64,000 nt of DNA, from positions 14,751 to 78,750 of the forward strand of contig CAYMZX010000001.1 in the NCBI GenBank assembly GCA_964395115.1, read 5' to 3'. The notes below the pieces were generated by a model, which did no database searches, had not been told where the DNA came from, and saw only the letters and a program-made list of their open reading frames with translations. Of the stretch, positions 19,348 to 29,420 are shown piece after piece. The stretch's first letter is position 1, and every line of letters begins with the position of its first letter. The DNA is from an uncultured Gammaproteobacteria bacterium. GTDB lineage: Bacteria; Patescibacteriota; Microgenomatia; UBA8517. The position numbers were made by a program, and so were the translations under genes.

Positions 19348-20864
19348 CTCTTTTTTTTTATTCTCGCTCCCTTGGAAGTATCTTCAACCTTAAATCCTTT
19401 TTCTTCAATTTTCTTTCTAATCTCATCGGCCTTCTCGAAATTTCCCTCTTTTCTCAATATTTCTCTTTCGTCAACCAATTCTTGGATCTCCTGAGGGATT
19501 TCAAACTGAACAATTTCAGCCAACTTCAAACCCAGAATTTCATCAAAATATATCGCTAGTTCATATTTATCGTATGAAGGAATATTGCTTTTAATCATCT
19601 CCCAGAGAACCGCCAAGGCTTTTGGAGTATTTAAATCATTGTTAATTTCTGCAAGAAAACGATTCCTGTAAATTTCCACTTTCGCACTTTTTTCCAGCGA
19701 GAGCATTGTCCTCTGGTTTTCACTTTTAAAACTTAACAGTTGGCCGCGAAGGTTATCAAGCGCCTTCTGACTGGCAGAAAGCGCCTCCCAGGTAAAGTTT
19801 AAAGTATCGCGATAGTGAGCTGTTAAATACAGGTATTTCAGGGCCAATGGATCAAAACCTTTTTCTTCGATGTCGGAAACCGTAAAAACGTTTCCTAAAC
19901 TTTTGCTCATTTTTTCTCCATTAACCGTCAAAAAAGTTACATGTAGCCAATATTTTACGAACGGTTTGCCGGTCGCCGCTTCTGCTTGGGCAATTTCATT
20001 TGGATGGTGGATCTGTCTCAAGTCTTCTCCTCCGACATGAATATCAAAAGTTTCTCCAAGATATTTCATACTCATAGCCGAACACTCAATATGCCAACCT
20101 GGAAATCCTACCCCCCACGGACTGTTCCATTCCATTTGTCTTTTCTCATTTTTGGACGAAAATTTCCAAAGAGCGAAGTCTCTGGGGTTTTTCTTTTCTG
20201 GATTGGTTTCAACCCTAGCTCCTTCTTTTAGAACATCCATTGTTGAAAGCTTTCCATATTTCTCCCCTGTTTTTCTCTCAAAAACAACAGTATCAAAATA
20301 AATCCCATCAGATATTCTGTAAGTAAATCCTTTTTCCTCGAGTTTTTTAATCAATTCTATCTGCTCTTTTATATGGTCGGTTGCCTTAACGAGTTTATCA
20401 GGAGGGGTAAGATTCAATTTTTCGTAATCTCTAAGAAAAGCTTCGGTGTAAAAATTGGCAATATCCCAAGCGGTCCGCCTTTCTTTTCTGGCCGCCTTTT
20501 CAATTCGATCCTCACCTAAATCAGCATCTCCTAAGTTATCTCCCGTCAAATGGCCGACATCGGTAATATTCATAACAAAAACGACATCAAAATCTTGGAA
20601 TTTTAAGGTTCGCACTAAAGTATCCGTTAAAGTATAGGTTCGAAAGTTGCCTATAGAGGCGTAATCATAGACGGTCGGGCCACAAGAATAAACACCCGCT
20701 TTTCCTTCCTTTAGGGGCAAAAATTTTTCCTTTCTACGACTAAGAGAGTTTAATAAAAAGAGACTAGCCACAATTTTATTGTAGCAAATTTTATGGTTAG
20801 CCTGTCGGCGGAAGAGGTTTCTCGACTCTAGTCTTAAGACTTTCGGCTTTTTGCTTGGCTCCAA
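19344..20864 (-). CDS. cysS: cysteinyl-tRNA synthetase (annotated N-terminus probably over-extended)
   Basis: Class I motifs: CGPTVYDYASIGN (HIGH region context), KMSKSLGN, zinc-binding Cys, C-terminal DALR-like domain. The first ~45 aa overlap the upstream ORF, so the true start is probably internal. Confidence 0.9.
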   Translation of the reverse strand: MEPSKKPKVLRLESRNLFRRQANHKICYNKIVASLFLLNSLSRRKEKFLPLKEGKAGVYSCGPTVYDYASIGNFRTYTLTDTLVRTLKFQDFDVVFVMNITDVGHLTGDNLGDADLGEDRIEKAARKERRTAWDIANFYTEAFLRDYEKLNLTPPDKLVKATDHIKEQIELIKKLEEKGFTYRISDGIYFDTVVFERKTGEKYGKLSTMDVLKEGARVETNPEKKNPRDFALWKFSSKNEKRQMEWNSPWGVGFPGWHIECSAMSMKYLGETFDIHVGGEDLRQIHHPNEIAQAEAATGKPFVKYWLHVTFLTVNGEKMSKSLGNVFTVSDIEEKGFDPLALKYLYLTAHYRDTLNFTWEALSASQKALDNLRGQLLSFKSENQRTMLSLEKSAKVEIYRNRFLAEINNDLNTPKALAVLWEMIKSNIPSYDKYELAIYFDEILGLKLAEIVQFEIPQEIQELVDEREILRKEGNFEKADEIRKKIEEKGFKVEDTSKGARIKKKR

Positions 20865-21246
20865 AACTAAAGAGCTTTCTCGAGGGCTTTGTCGAAATTG
20901 GCGGTATTTCTTTTTTCTTTATTAACCTTTCTTCTGCAATTAGTTTTTCCTGTTGTTCTGCCTTTTCCTGTTCTTCTCGCTTTTGCCTCTGAATTTCCTT
21001 AAGCTCCTGTTCGAGAGCCATAATAAGTCGACTATCTCTTCTTAAGATTCTCTCTTCTTCTGTCGGGGAAATCCCTTCTCCGGCAACAACGGTTTTCGGC
21101 CTCCTATTGGTGGTTAACTCAGCTTTTCTGCCTATCACCTGTTCTCTCGCCTGTTTCAAAACTTCTAATGGCTCCTGTGCTACTTGTCTGGCCGCCTGCA
21201 GGGCGATCGTTTTTGCCATTTTTGTTGTATCGGTCGCAACTTTCAT
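20797..21246 (-). CDS. hypothetical charged coiled-coil protein
   Basis: 149 aa, K/E/Q-rich helical. No motif. Confidence 0.35.
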   Translation of the reverse strand: MKVATDTTKMAKTIALQAARQVAQEPLEVLKQAREQVIGRKAELTTNRRPKTVVAGEGISPTEEERILRRDSRLIMALEQELKEIQRQKREEQEKAEQQEKLIAEERLIKKKEIPPISTKPSRKLFSFGAKQKAESLKTRVEKPLPPTG

Positions 21247-21851
21247 ATTTCTTTTCTTCCTTGAAGGGATGAAATTAAGGTCGTTTCGTCGGCATACTCC
21301 AAATCTGCCCCCGTTGGAATCCCCATCCCTAATCGAGTAATTTTCAGTTCTTTATTGCCGGTGTTTAATTCTTTTAATTTTTTACTCAAAAACATTGCCG
21401 TTGCCTCACCTTCCATTGTCGGATTGGTAGCAATAATTACTTCTTTTATTTTTTTATTTACTCTTTTTATCAAATCTTTGACATAAAGTTCATCCGGCCC
21501 AATGTTTTCTAATGGTGAAATACTACCATGAAGCACATGGTAAACCCCCTTGTATTTCCCTGTTTTTTCGAAAGCTAAAATGTCGAGGGGTTCCTCTACC
21601 ACCATTATAACTTCTTGATTGCGATTTCTATCGCTACATATATGGCAAGGGTCTTGCTCGTCTATGTTTTTGCATATGGAGCACAGAATAGTGTCCTTTT
21701 TGAGACGGCCGAGAGACTTCGAAAAACTGTCAAGCTCAGTCTGAGGAACACGAAGAAGATAGAAGGACAATCTTTGAGCGGTTTTGGGTCCTATTCCAGG
21801 AAGTTTTTGAAAAGACTCTATTAGGGCAACAAGTGGTTTGGCAATTTTCAT
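21243..21851 (-). CDS. recR: recombination protein RecR
   Basis: HhH (LPGIGPKTAQRL), C4 zinc finger (CSICKN...CHIC), Toprim domain. Confidence 0.9.
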   Translation of the reverse strand: MKIAKPLVALIESFQKLPGIGPKTAQRLSFYLLRVPQTELDSFSKSLGRLKKDTILCSICKNIDEQDPCHICSDRNRNQEVIMVVEEPLDILAFEKTGKYKGVYHVLHGSISPLENIGPDELYVKDLIKRVNKKIKEVIIATNPTMEGEATAMFLSKKLKELNTGNKELKITRLGMGIPTGADLEYADETTLISSLQGRKEI

Positions 21852-21859
21852 TCTCTGGC

Positions 21860-22141
21860 TTACACCTTGCCTAGAAGTCCGGAAAGTCCCCCTCCCATTT
21901 CGACCATCTTCTTAGCTGCTTCTTTTTGAACCTTTTTCAGAGCCTCGTTAATCAACTCGACCAAATCTCGTCTTTCTTCTCCATTCATCTCTATATATTG
22001 AATTTTCTGATCCCCAGAGACAACTACTTTAATTCCCCCTTTTTCGGCCGACTCCCTGATTTTTTCCAGCTCTTTCTGTAACGCAATAGCCTGAGAGCGC
22101 ATCTTTCTTAATTCGTTTAATTGCCTTACTTTGCCAAACAT
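21860..22141 (-). CDS. ybaB: nucleoid-associated protein YbaB/EbfC
   Basis: 93 aa, YbaB helix pattern, and position between dnaX and recR. Confidence 0.8.
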   Translation of the reverse strand: MFGKVRQLNELRKMRSQAIALQKELEKIRESAEKGGIKVVVSGDQKIQYIEMNGEERRDLVELINEALKKVQKEAAKKMVEMGGGLSGLLGKV

Positions 22142-22142
22142 T

Positions 22143-23624
22143 TTAATTTCCGAATATCTCCTCGGCGACCTTAATTATATCTTTATCTTCTTCTTCGGTC
22201 AAAATAGTCTCTTGCTTTTCAGCCTTTGGTATTTTTTTAGACGGCGGTTCTGTCAGTGTGCAGATTACTCTGATGCTGGGATGGCCCAAAACATGGGCCG
22301 CCACTTCCTCTAGTATCTTCCGGTGCATCCCCTCTTCAAGTTTTTCTTTATGAAAACGATAATAAACCCCTAAAGTTAAATCTTTACCGTCAAAACTGAT
22401 TGGCTTGGCAGCCCGGAGAAGAGCTTCTATCGAAGTATTGATGGGTTTAATAGTTGCTAGAAGCTCTCGCCAAACCTCTTCGGATAATTCTTTCAAATCT
22501 TTAATTGGCCGTTTCTCTTTTTCTGGTTCGGATTTCGGTACGGAGGTGTTCGCCGAAGAAGTTGATCTAATGCTTTTCTCCGGGGAGGTCACTCCAGATG
22601 TGCACCACTCAACAACGGCCAGTTCCAATGGCAATTGTTCAATCAGGGCTCCTTTTAGTTCTACTCCAGCCCTAGAAAAAAGATTAATCATAAACACTAT
22701 TTCATCTTTGCCTAGCTCCGGCAGAGTCTCTTCTCCTATCCCCATTTTAGCCAAAAGAGAGACTCTTAAATTCGCGAGGACATTTTCTGTGAGTTCCTGC
22801 ATCGAGACACCTTTAAGGGCAGCTCCTTCGATCAACGAAAGGCATTTTTTAGTGTCTTTAGCCAATAATGCCGCAATAAGGTCGTCAATATTGAAAACAG
22901 CGTGCTGAAGCAAATATTCCTTGATATCTTCGGATTTAAGAGAGCGTTTCTCAACAATAAGCTGTTCGAGAATCTTCACTGCATCTCTGAAAGAGCCTTC
23001 CGATTTCTCTGCAATAATTTCAAGCGATTCGTCATCTACTTTAATTTTTTCACCTTTAACCACCCTGGTTAGAGATCTCTTTATTTCTCCTACTGAGGCC
23101 TTTTTAAACAATACTTGGGTTGTTCTCGACCGAATTGTCTCTATCAGTTTTTCGGGATTAGTGGTAGCAAGAATGAAAACGACATGGTTTGGAGGTTCCT
23201 CCAAAGTTTTAAGGAGGGCGTTAGAGGCTTCGGTAGTCAACATGTGCGCCTCGTCGATAATATATATTTTTTTACGAGCTTTCGCTGGTGCTAGTTTTAC
23301 AGCTTCCCGCAAAGCTCTAATATCTTCGATCCCTCTATGGCTTGCAGCGTCAAGTTCAATTACATCCAAATTAGATCCTTTAGCAATTGACTTACACTGT
23401 TCACACTGGTCGCACGGTTCTTTTAATTCTTTTTGATTGTTCTCGCAGTTTACTATCTTAGCAATAATTCTGGCAGCCGAAGTCTTGCCGGTTCCTTTCG
23501 GACCTGCAAATAAAAATGCCTGAGGTATCTTTCCAGAAGAGACTATCTTTTTTAGAGATTCCCGAACATTTTCGGAATCTAGTTCCTCAAGTTTTTGTGG
23601 CCGATATTTTAAATAGTAGGTCAT
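22143..23624 (-). CDS. dnaX: DNA polymerase III subunit gamma/tau
   Basis: YRPQKLEEL..., Walker A GPKGTGKTS, zinc module C-x-x-C, SRC/sensor motifs. Conserved dnaX-ybaB-recR order. Confidence 0.9.
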   Translation of the reverse strand: MTYYLKYRPQKLEELDSENVRESLKKIVSSGKIPQAFLFAGPKGTGKTSAARIIAKIVNCENNQKELKEPCDQCEQCKSIAKGSNLDVIELDAASHRGIEDIRALREAVKLAPAKARKKIYIIDEAHMLTTEASNALLKTLEEPPNHVVFILATTNPEKLIETIRSRTTQVLFKKASVGEIKRSLTRVVKGEKIKVDDESLEIIAEKSEGSFRDAVKILEQLIVEKRSLKSEDIKEYLLQHAVFNIDDLIAALLAKDTKKCLSLIEGAALKGVSMQELTENVLANLRVSLLAKMGIGEETLPELGKDEIVFMINLFSRAGVELKGALIEQLPLELAVVEWCTSGVTSPEKSIRSTSSANTSVPKSEPEKEKRPIKDLKELSEEVWRELLATIKPINTSIEALLRAAKPISFDGKDLTLGVYYRFHKEKLEEGMHRKILEEVAAHVLGHPSIRVICTLTEPPSKKIPKAEKQETILTEEEDKDIIKVAEEIFGN

Positions 23625-24011
23625 TTACTGGTGATGAATTCCTAAAAGGTGCTGGGCACCGTGTTTAACTAACTCAATTGCTTTTTGGTCAATCAATTTT
23701 CCCTCTTTTTTTGCTGCCTCAACTATTAAAGGATAACATACTATAATTTCTCCTAGGTGTACCACTCCGTCTGGCGGGTAGACAAATTTTAGGTCTTCTT
23801 CGCTCGAAACGAAAGATAAAACCTCGTGTAAGTTTTTGTCGTCAAGATATCTTTTCCCTATTTCTAGCATCTTTTTTCTGCCCACCACCGCTACTGACAC
23901 TTCGGCATCGGAAACGATTCCTTCTCTAGAAAAGAAATCTTCAAGGAAATCTTTAATTTTTTTTGAATCCACCGGGTAGTTGCCCTCCTTTTTGATACCG
24001 ACCTTGATCAT
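23625..24011 (-). CDS. ybeY: rRNA maturation endoribonuclease YbeY
   Basis: C-terminal metal-binding H-x-x-x-H-L-x-G-x-H-H (HGAQHLLGIHHQ). Size ~130 aa. Confidence 0.7.
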   Translation of the reverse strand: MIKVGIKKEGNYPVDSKKIKDFLEDFFSREGIVSDAEVSVAVVGRKKMLEIGKRYLDDKNLHEVLSFVSSEEDLKFVYPPDGVVHLGEIIVCYPLIVEAAKKEGKLIDQKAIELVKHGAQHLLGIHHQ

Positions 24012-24451
24012 TTTTGAAGCTTTTTGCGTACTAGTTCCGATACGCGTACCCCCTCCGCCCTACCACGAACTTCTGCCATAACTGCCCCCATAACTTTACC
24101 TATATCGGCCAGACTAAAGGCCTTAGTCTTCCTGATAACTTGGTTTACTATTTTTTCCAACTCTCCATCCGATAACTGCTCGGGTAAAAATTCAGAAAGG
24201 ATGGATATTTCCTGCTTTTCTTTCTCTACCCTCTCCGTCGCCCCCGCTTTTTGATAAGCTTCGATTGCCTCTCTCCTTTTTTTTATTTCTTTTTGAACAA
24301 CGGCTATTTCTTCTTCGTCACTCAATTTATGTTGCTTGGTAATAAATTCATAATTAAGAGCCGAGGATAAAAGACGAAGAGTAGAAAGCCGAAGAGTATC
24401 TTTAGCTTTTAGCGCCTCGGCAATCTTTTCCTGGAGAGTTTCGGTAATCAT
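24008..24451 (-). CDS. GatB/YqeY-domain protein
   Basis: N-terminus LQEKIAEALKAKDTLRLSTLRLLSSALNYEFITK... typical of the YqeY family. Confidence 0.75.
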   Translation of the reverse strand: MITETLQEKIAEALKAKDTLRLSTLRLLSSALNYEFITKQHKLSDEEEIAVVQKEIKKRREAIEAYQKAGATERVEKEKQEISILSEFLPEQLSDGELEKIVNQVIRKTKAFSLADIGKVMGAVMAEVRGRAEGVRVSELVRKKLQK

Positions 24452-24813
24452 ACTTCTCTGTCTGCTTTTACTCCTCCCAGAAGATGTACGTGCATATGGG
24501 GGACAATTGCCGCTTCTCCCGCGTTATGAACCAGTCTAAAGCCTTTGATATTTTTTTCTTTTGCGATATCGAGAGCGACTTTTCTTATCTCTTCCCAAAT
24601 TTTTTCGTCAGCCTCGGTAATATCTCGGTAGTGGGTTTTTGGAACTAAAAGAAGGTGGATCGGGGCTTTGGGAGAAATATCCGAAAAAACTAAAAGACTC
24701 TCTGTTTCTTTTTCTATTTTTGCTGGAATTTCTCTTTTTATTATTCGACAGAAAACGCAGTTTTCCATATCGGCATCAGTATAAACACTTCTGGAAGTCT
24801 CGACAAGGGCCAC
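24448..24813 (-). CDS. HIT-family (histidine triad) nucleotide hydrolase, GTG start
   Basis: Histidine triad HMHVHLLGG near the C-terminus. Confidence 0.8.
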   Translation of the reverse strand: MALVETSRSVYTDADMENCVFCRIIKREIPAKIEKETESLLVFSDISPKAPIHLLLVPKTHYRDITEADEKIWEEIRKVALDIAKEKNIKGFRLVHNAGEAAIVPHMHVHLLGGVKADREV

Positions 24814-25249
24814 GAAAAGGCCCCAAGCCCTAGTTCTATCAAGGCTTGGGGCCCAACCCTATTTGCCATCTAAATACCGTTTTTCCTCGCCCGCTTTCTG
24901 AGCAGGTATCGGTATCGGAGGGGCTTCAGACAACCGCTTGTACCACATCGCTCAAACTGAACTTCTCCTCTATTCGGGGTCTGTCCAAGGATCCGTCTGG
25001 AGAAGTCTTTTCTTCATTTTCAAATGTTCCTCCTCCAAATTCGGTTCATCTTCGGACTCAAATAGGAATTTCCAGAAAATAAACGAGCACCACATAAGCG
25101 TGCATGCACCGATAATTAATGTAATGCGACCCGATATAACGAGATAAGCCTGTCGTCTACAATGCCCATCTTGACATCCTCCGTGTTCAGTAACTTTATG
25201 GAAAGAGCGACAGTTTGTAAGCCTATTATATACGATAGTAAGCGGGAAA

Positions 25250-26239
25250 TCAAATTAGGGAAACTATGGCTTTGGCAAGCTTTATGGGGCTATGGCGAAA
25301 AAAAGTGGTCGTATCGGTGAAGTTACCCGCTAAGACTTTATAAGAAGGACGTTCGGGTTTTGCGAATAATCTGGAAAGGTCATTGACAACAGGAATTGAA
25401 CCGTATTTTTTATACCACGCCGAGATTTTTGAATCGCTCCCGTTGGTTTTTTTATTAACAATAATATAAGTAAGTTTCCTTTTACTGTCCCCTAAATATT
25501 CTTCGATAGTTTCTACAAAGTCCGAGGCCGCGAAGCCGTCGGTCTCCCCTTTTTTGGTCATCAGATTAACTACATAAACAAGTTTTGCCTTGGATAAGTA
25601 AATGGCTTTATTTACCCCCTCTACCAAAAGGATAGGAACTAAACTTGTATATAAATCTCCGGGTCCAAGTACAATAAGGTCCGCGTTAGTAATCACCTCC
25701 GTCGTACCTTTAAAAATCTTTGCCTTGGGGTTTAGATATACCTTTTTTATAGGTATCTCGGGCTTTATTTTTCTTCTGTCTATTTTTGATTCTCCATAGA
25801 TTCTTGTCCCATCCTCCAAAACGGCTACCAGATTCGTTTTGTCCAAAGTAACGGGAAAAACTCTTCCTGAAGCGTTTAATATCCTTGCAGCTTCATCGAT
25901 AGCTCGATCCATACTTCCCGTAATTTGTACCAACGCCGCAAGCAAAATATTTCCAAGAGAATGTCCAGCCAGAGTTCTACCACCTTCGAACCGAAAATCA
26001 AATATCTCCTCGAGTGTCTTTTGGGCAAAAGGTAAATCCGAAAGGGCCAGTATGGCTCGTCTGACATCTCCCGGAGGTAATATTCCCAACTCTTTACGAA
26101 GTCTTCCGGTTGAGCCGCCAGAATCACACATAGAGATAACTGCCGAAAGCTCAATTGAGGGATAATTTTTTAAACCCGACAATACTTGATATGTTCCCGT
26201 ACCCCCTCCAACAACTACTATTTTCTTTTTTTTACCCAT
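25250..26239 (-). CDS. YvcK/CofD-like (UPF0052) gluconeogenesis-factor family protein
   Basis: N-terminus KIVVVGGGTGTYQVLSGLK...VISMCDSGGSTGRLR is the family signature. Confidence 0.8.
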   Translation of the reverse strand: MGKKKKIVVVGGGTGTYQVLSGLKNYPSIELSAVISMCDSGGSTGRLRKELGILPPGDVRRAILALSDLPFAQKTLEEIFDFRFEGGRTLAGHSLGNILLAALVQITGSMDRAIDEAARILNASGRVFPVTLDKTNLVAVLEDGTRIYGESKIDRRKIKPEIPIKKVYLNPKAKIFKGTTEVITNADLIVLGPGDLYTSLVPILLVEGVNKAIYLSKAKLVYVVNLMTKKGETDGFAASDFVETIEEYLGDSKRKLTYIIVNKKTNGSDSKISAWYKKYGSIPVVNDLSRLFAKPERPSYKVLAGNFTDTTTFFRHSPIKLAKAIVSLI

Positions 26240-27697
26240 TTAATAAGCTTGGCCGAAGTACCATGTTTTTTCAGCCACATTTCCGCAATAAATACATTTT
26301 CCACTTTGCCGTGAAGCATCTAGCGGAAGAAGCCTGGTAGAAGCTTTCGTTTCTTCTTTAATTTTTCTTTCGCACTCCGGCGATTCGCACCAAAAGGCCT
26401 GAATAAAACCTCTTTGTTTTTCTATTACCTCTTTGAAATCGTTATAATTATCTACTTTCCGAATGTTAGTATTAAGAAAATTTTTGGCCTTCTGATAGAT
26501 AATCTCCTGAATTTTCTCCAGAAGTTCCTCGACTTTGGCAGCAACATCGGAAGTTCTAGCCAAGCAACCTCCCACTTCGTCAATCCTCGAATTGATCGAA
26601 ACAACTCTTTCTTGAAACTCTCGGGGGCCGATGGTAATTCTTAACGGAATTCCTCTTATTTCGGCCCGGTTGACTTTCCAGCCGAAACTTTTCTCGGGAT
26701 TATCATCGATTTCAACTTTCCCGGGAAATACACTTTGTTTTTCCTCAATTACTTTTTTAATTTTAGCGCAATATTTGAGTATCTCTTGATCTTTTTTGCC
26801 TAGTATAGGAATTATGGCAACTTTTATGGGTGCGAGTTTGGGAGGAAGAACTAAACCTCGATCGTCTCCATGCATAAGAATCATTCCCCCTATTGAACGA
26901 GTCGATAATCCCCATGATGTCTGTTGTACAAAAACAGTTTTTCCGTCTTTATTCTGATATTTGATATCGAAACCTCTTGAGAAATTATCTCCTAGATGGT
27001 GAGAGGTTGCCCCCTGAAGAACTTTTCCGTCGGGCATTAAAAATTCAATTGTGTAAGTGTGATCAGCACCGGCAAATTTTTCGGCCTGACTTTTCAACCC
27101 TACTAACCCCGGCATGGCAAAAACCTCCTTGTAGAGTTCTCTGTAGACCTTAATGGCAAAAAGGGCCATCTCTTCAGCCTCTTTTTTCGTGGCATGGGCC
27201 GTATGTCCTTCTTGCCATAAAAATTCAAGTGTTCTTAAAAAAAAGTACGTCCTTTTTTCCCATCGGACAACATTATTCCATTGGTTAATCTTTAACGGCA
27301 AATCTCGCCAAGAGTTTATCCATTTGGCATACATCTCATACATTATTGTCTCTGAGGTTGGCCTGACGGCTAATGGCTCTTCCAGTTTTTTGCCACCACC
27401 GTGGGTAACAATAGCTAATTCCGGCGAAAAACCTTTTACATGCTCTTTTTCCTTTTCCAAAAGATGCATAGGGATGAATAAAGGAAAATAGGCGTTTTGT
27501 ACTCCTTCAACGGCGATTCTTTTATCGAACTCCCTCTGGCAAAACTCCCAAATGGCGTATCCGTAAGGTCGAATTACCATTGTTCCTCTGACCGGACCAT
27601 AATCCGCTAGCTCGGCAAGTTGGATAACCTCCGTGTACCAGCGGGGAATGTTCTTGCTTTTTTTGGTCAACAACTTTTTTTCAAAATCGACGGTCAT
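26240..27697 (-). CDS. proS: prolyl-tRNA synthetase, archaeal/eukaryotic-type
   Basis: Class II core, no bacterial INS editing domain, C-terminal zinc-binding domain (CESPECE...CIYCG) ending in Tyr. Confidence 0.9.
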   Translation of the reverse strand: MTVDFEKKLLTKKSKNIPRWYTEVIQLAELADYGPVRGTMVIRPYGYAIWEFCQREFDKRIAVEGVQNAYFPLFIPMHLLEKEKEHVKGFSPELAIVTHGGGKKLEEPLAVRPTSETIMYEMYAKWINSWRDLPLKINQWNNVVRWEKRTYFFLRTLEFLWQEGHTAHATKKEAEEMALFAIKVYRELYKEVFAMPGLVGLKSQAEKFAGADHTYTIEFLMPDGKVLQGATSHHLGDNFSRGFDIKYQNKDGKTVFVQQTSWGLSTRSIGGMILMHGDDRGLVLPPKLAPIKVAIIPILGKKDQEILKYCAKIKKVIEEKQSVFPGKVEIDDNPEKSFGWKVNRAEIRGIPLRITIGPREFQERVVSINSRIDEVGGCLARTSDVAAKVEELLEKIQEIIYQKAKNFLNTNIRKVDNYNDFKEVIEKQRGFIQAFWCESPECERKIKEETKASTRLLPLDASRQSGKCIYCGNVAEKTWYFGQAY

Positions 27698-27704
27698 TTT
27701 TGGT

Positions 27705-28817
27705 TTATTTTATCACCGACTCAATAAATTTTGGGATTGATCCAGCAATAATCAGCCGTTGGATATCATGGGCTGTAATGGCCAGTAAAGCAAAAAGGAG
27801 TATCAACATTCCAATCGTGTGAGCAATGTTTTCAATTTTAGGGATGACCCTTCTTCCTAAAAAGACCTCTAAACCGATAAAAGCTACTCGACCACCGTCA
27901 AGCGCGGGAAAAGGAATAATATTCAGGATGGCCAAATTGACAGATAGAATTCCTATGAAGTTAATTAGAGACAGTATTCCGGCTTTGGTCGCTTCGCTAG
28001 TAACTGCAAAAATTCCGACCGGCCCAGCAACGTCTGTCGGCAAGCGTCCACCGAAAAGATCGCTAAAAATCTTTAAAAAACCTAATGTAACCGTCTTTCC
28101 CCAGAATAAGGCTTCTTTCGTTCCGTAGTATATCCCAAGAAAAGGCCTTATAAAAAGTGGTGGAAAATAAATCTGAATGTCTGTAATCGTAACTCCTAAT
28201 GGCCCTTCGCCCTCCGGTGGTGACTCTCTAGGAATCAAAGTTATCTTTTTGGTTTCATTCTTTTCTTCACCTTCCCTTATAACTTCAAGGGATATTTTTT
28301 CCCCTTTTTCTTTTTCAACCAACTTGATAAATTGCCTATTCGAGGTTATTTCCTCGTCGCCCACTTTCTTAACAATATCTCCAACAATTATTCCTGCAGT
28401 CTGAGCCGGCGAACCGCTAGCAATTTCAACTACTTTTACCGTATTGGTTTGGCGAGGAATTCCAGAAATAGAATAGACAATAGCAAAAGCCAGTATCCCG
28501 AGGACAAAATTCATTAGTACCCCCGCAATTATAATAGCCAGTCGTGTTTTTTTGCTTTTTTTGGAAAAGGAATTTTGGGAGTAAGTCGCTTTGTCACCCC
28601 CCGATTCTCCATAAAGTTTGACAAATCCACCGAATGGCAAAAGATTAATGGAATAAATTGTTTTTCCTTTTTTTATTCCAAAAAGCCTGGGTGGTAGTCC
28701 AAAGCCAAATTCTTCCACCAAAACCCCGCTGTGTCTGGCCATTAGAAAATGACCAAGTTCGTGGGCCAAAATTAAAATTGAGAGAACTGCCAGAAATGCC
28801 AAAATCGAGCCAACCAT
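27705..28817 (-). CDS. rseP: RIP metalloprotease RseP (site-2 protease, M50)
   Basis: HELGHFLMARHSGV (HExxH) in the first transmembrane helix, central PDZ, C-terminal LDGG motif (PFPALDGG). Confidence 0.8.
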   Translation of the reverse strand: MVGSILAFLAVLSILILAHELGHFLMARHSGVLVEEFGFGLPPRLFGIKKGKTIYSINLLPFGGFVKLYGESGGDKATYSQNSFSKKSKKTRLAIIIAGVLMNFVLGILAFAIVYSISGIPRQTNTVKVVEIASGSPAQTAGIIVGDIVKKVGDEEITSNRQFIKLVEKEKGEKISLEVIREGEEKNETKKITLIPRESPPEGEGPLGVTITDIQIYFPPLFIRPFLGIYYGTKEALFWGKTVTLGFLKIFSDLFGGRLPTDVAGPVGIFAVTSEATKAGILSLINFIGILSVNLAILNIIPFPALDGGRVAFIGLEVFLGRRVIPKIENIAHTIGMLILLFALLAITAHDIQRLIIAGSIPKFIESVIK

Positions 28818-28841
28818 AGCCTAATGATATCCCAAATCCTT

Positions 28842-29420
28842 CTAAAGCGTAAGCAGTTCTTTCTTCTTCTTCAATCCTATTTCCTCGATACTATTAGTAA
28901 ACTCGTCGGTAATCTCCTGTAATTTCTTTTCATTGCCAAACTTTTCATCCTCGGAAATTTCCTTGGCCTCAAACCTTTTTTTAATTTCACGCATCGCTTC
29001 CGCCCTCACCTGCCTGATCATTATTCGACCACTCTCTAATTTTGCAGCCAAAAGTTTGATATACCTTTCCCTATCTTCGGTTGTCATCGGAGGGAATGAT
29101 ATTCTGATTATTCCGCCATCTATGGAAGGGTTCATTCCGATATTGGCCGCTTGTATTCCTTGTCTTATTTCACCGATAATGGACTTGTCCCACGGGTCAA
29201 TAATCAATGTTTGTGGATCAGAAGTTGAAATAGTTGCCAATTCCTTTATTTTGAGCTTCTGGGTTCCACCATACACAGGAATTTCTATGTTTTCAACCAG
29301 AGAAGGAGTCGCCCGACCGGTCCTAATTGATCCAACGTCGGAAACTAGCAGATCAAGAGCCTGTTGCATTTTTGAACGAATATAAACTTCGTCCATATGA
29401 GATTTATTTACCGTTCTCAC
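28842..29420 (-). CDS. frr: ribosome recycling factor
   Basis: Canonical RRF sequence (IRTGRATPSLVENIEIPVYG...). Confidence 0.9.
   Translation of the reverse strand: MRTVNKSHMDEVYIRSKMQQALDLLVSDVGSIRTGRATPSLVENIEIPVYGGTQKLKIKELATISTSDPQTLIIDPWDKSIIGEIRQGIQAANIGMNPSIDGGIIRISFPPMTTEDRERYIKLLAAKLESGRIMIRQVRAEAMREIKKRFEAKEISEDEKFGNEKKLQEITDEFTNSIEEIGLKKKKELLTL

Noticed and set aside
22405-23436. Two long + strand ORFs (167 and 171 aa)
   Set aside because: Both are antisense to dnaX, whose motifs (Walker A, zinc module) are unambiguous. Ser-rich composition typical of antisense reading.
24846-25147. + strand ORFs of 78 and 69 aa in the long HIT-yvcK gap
   Set aside because: No RBS, odd composition, overlapping each other in different frames. 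The gap is more likely non-coding RNA or regulatory.
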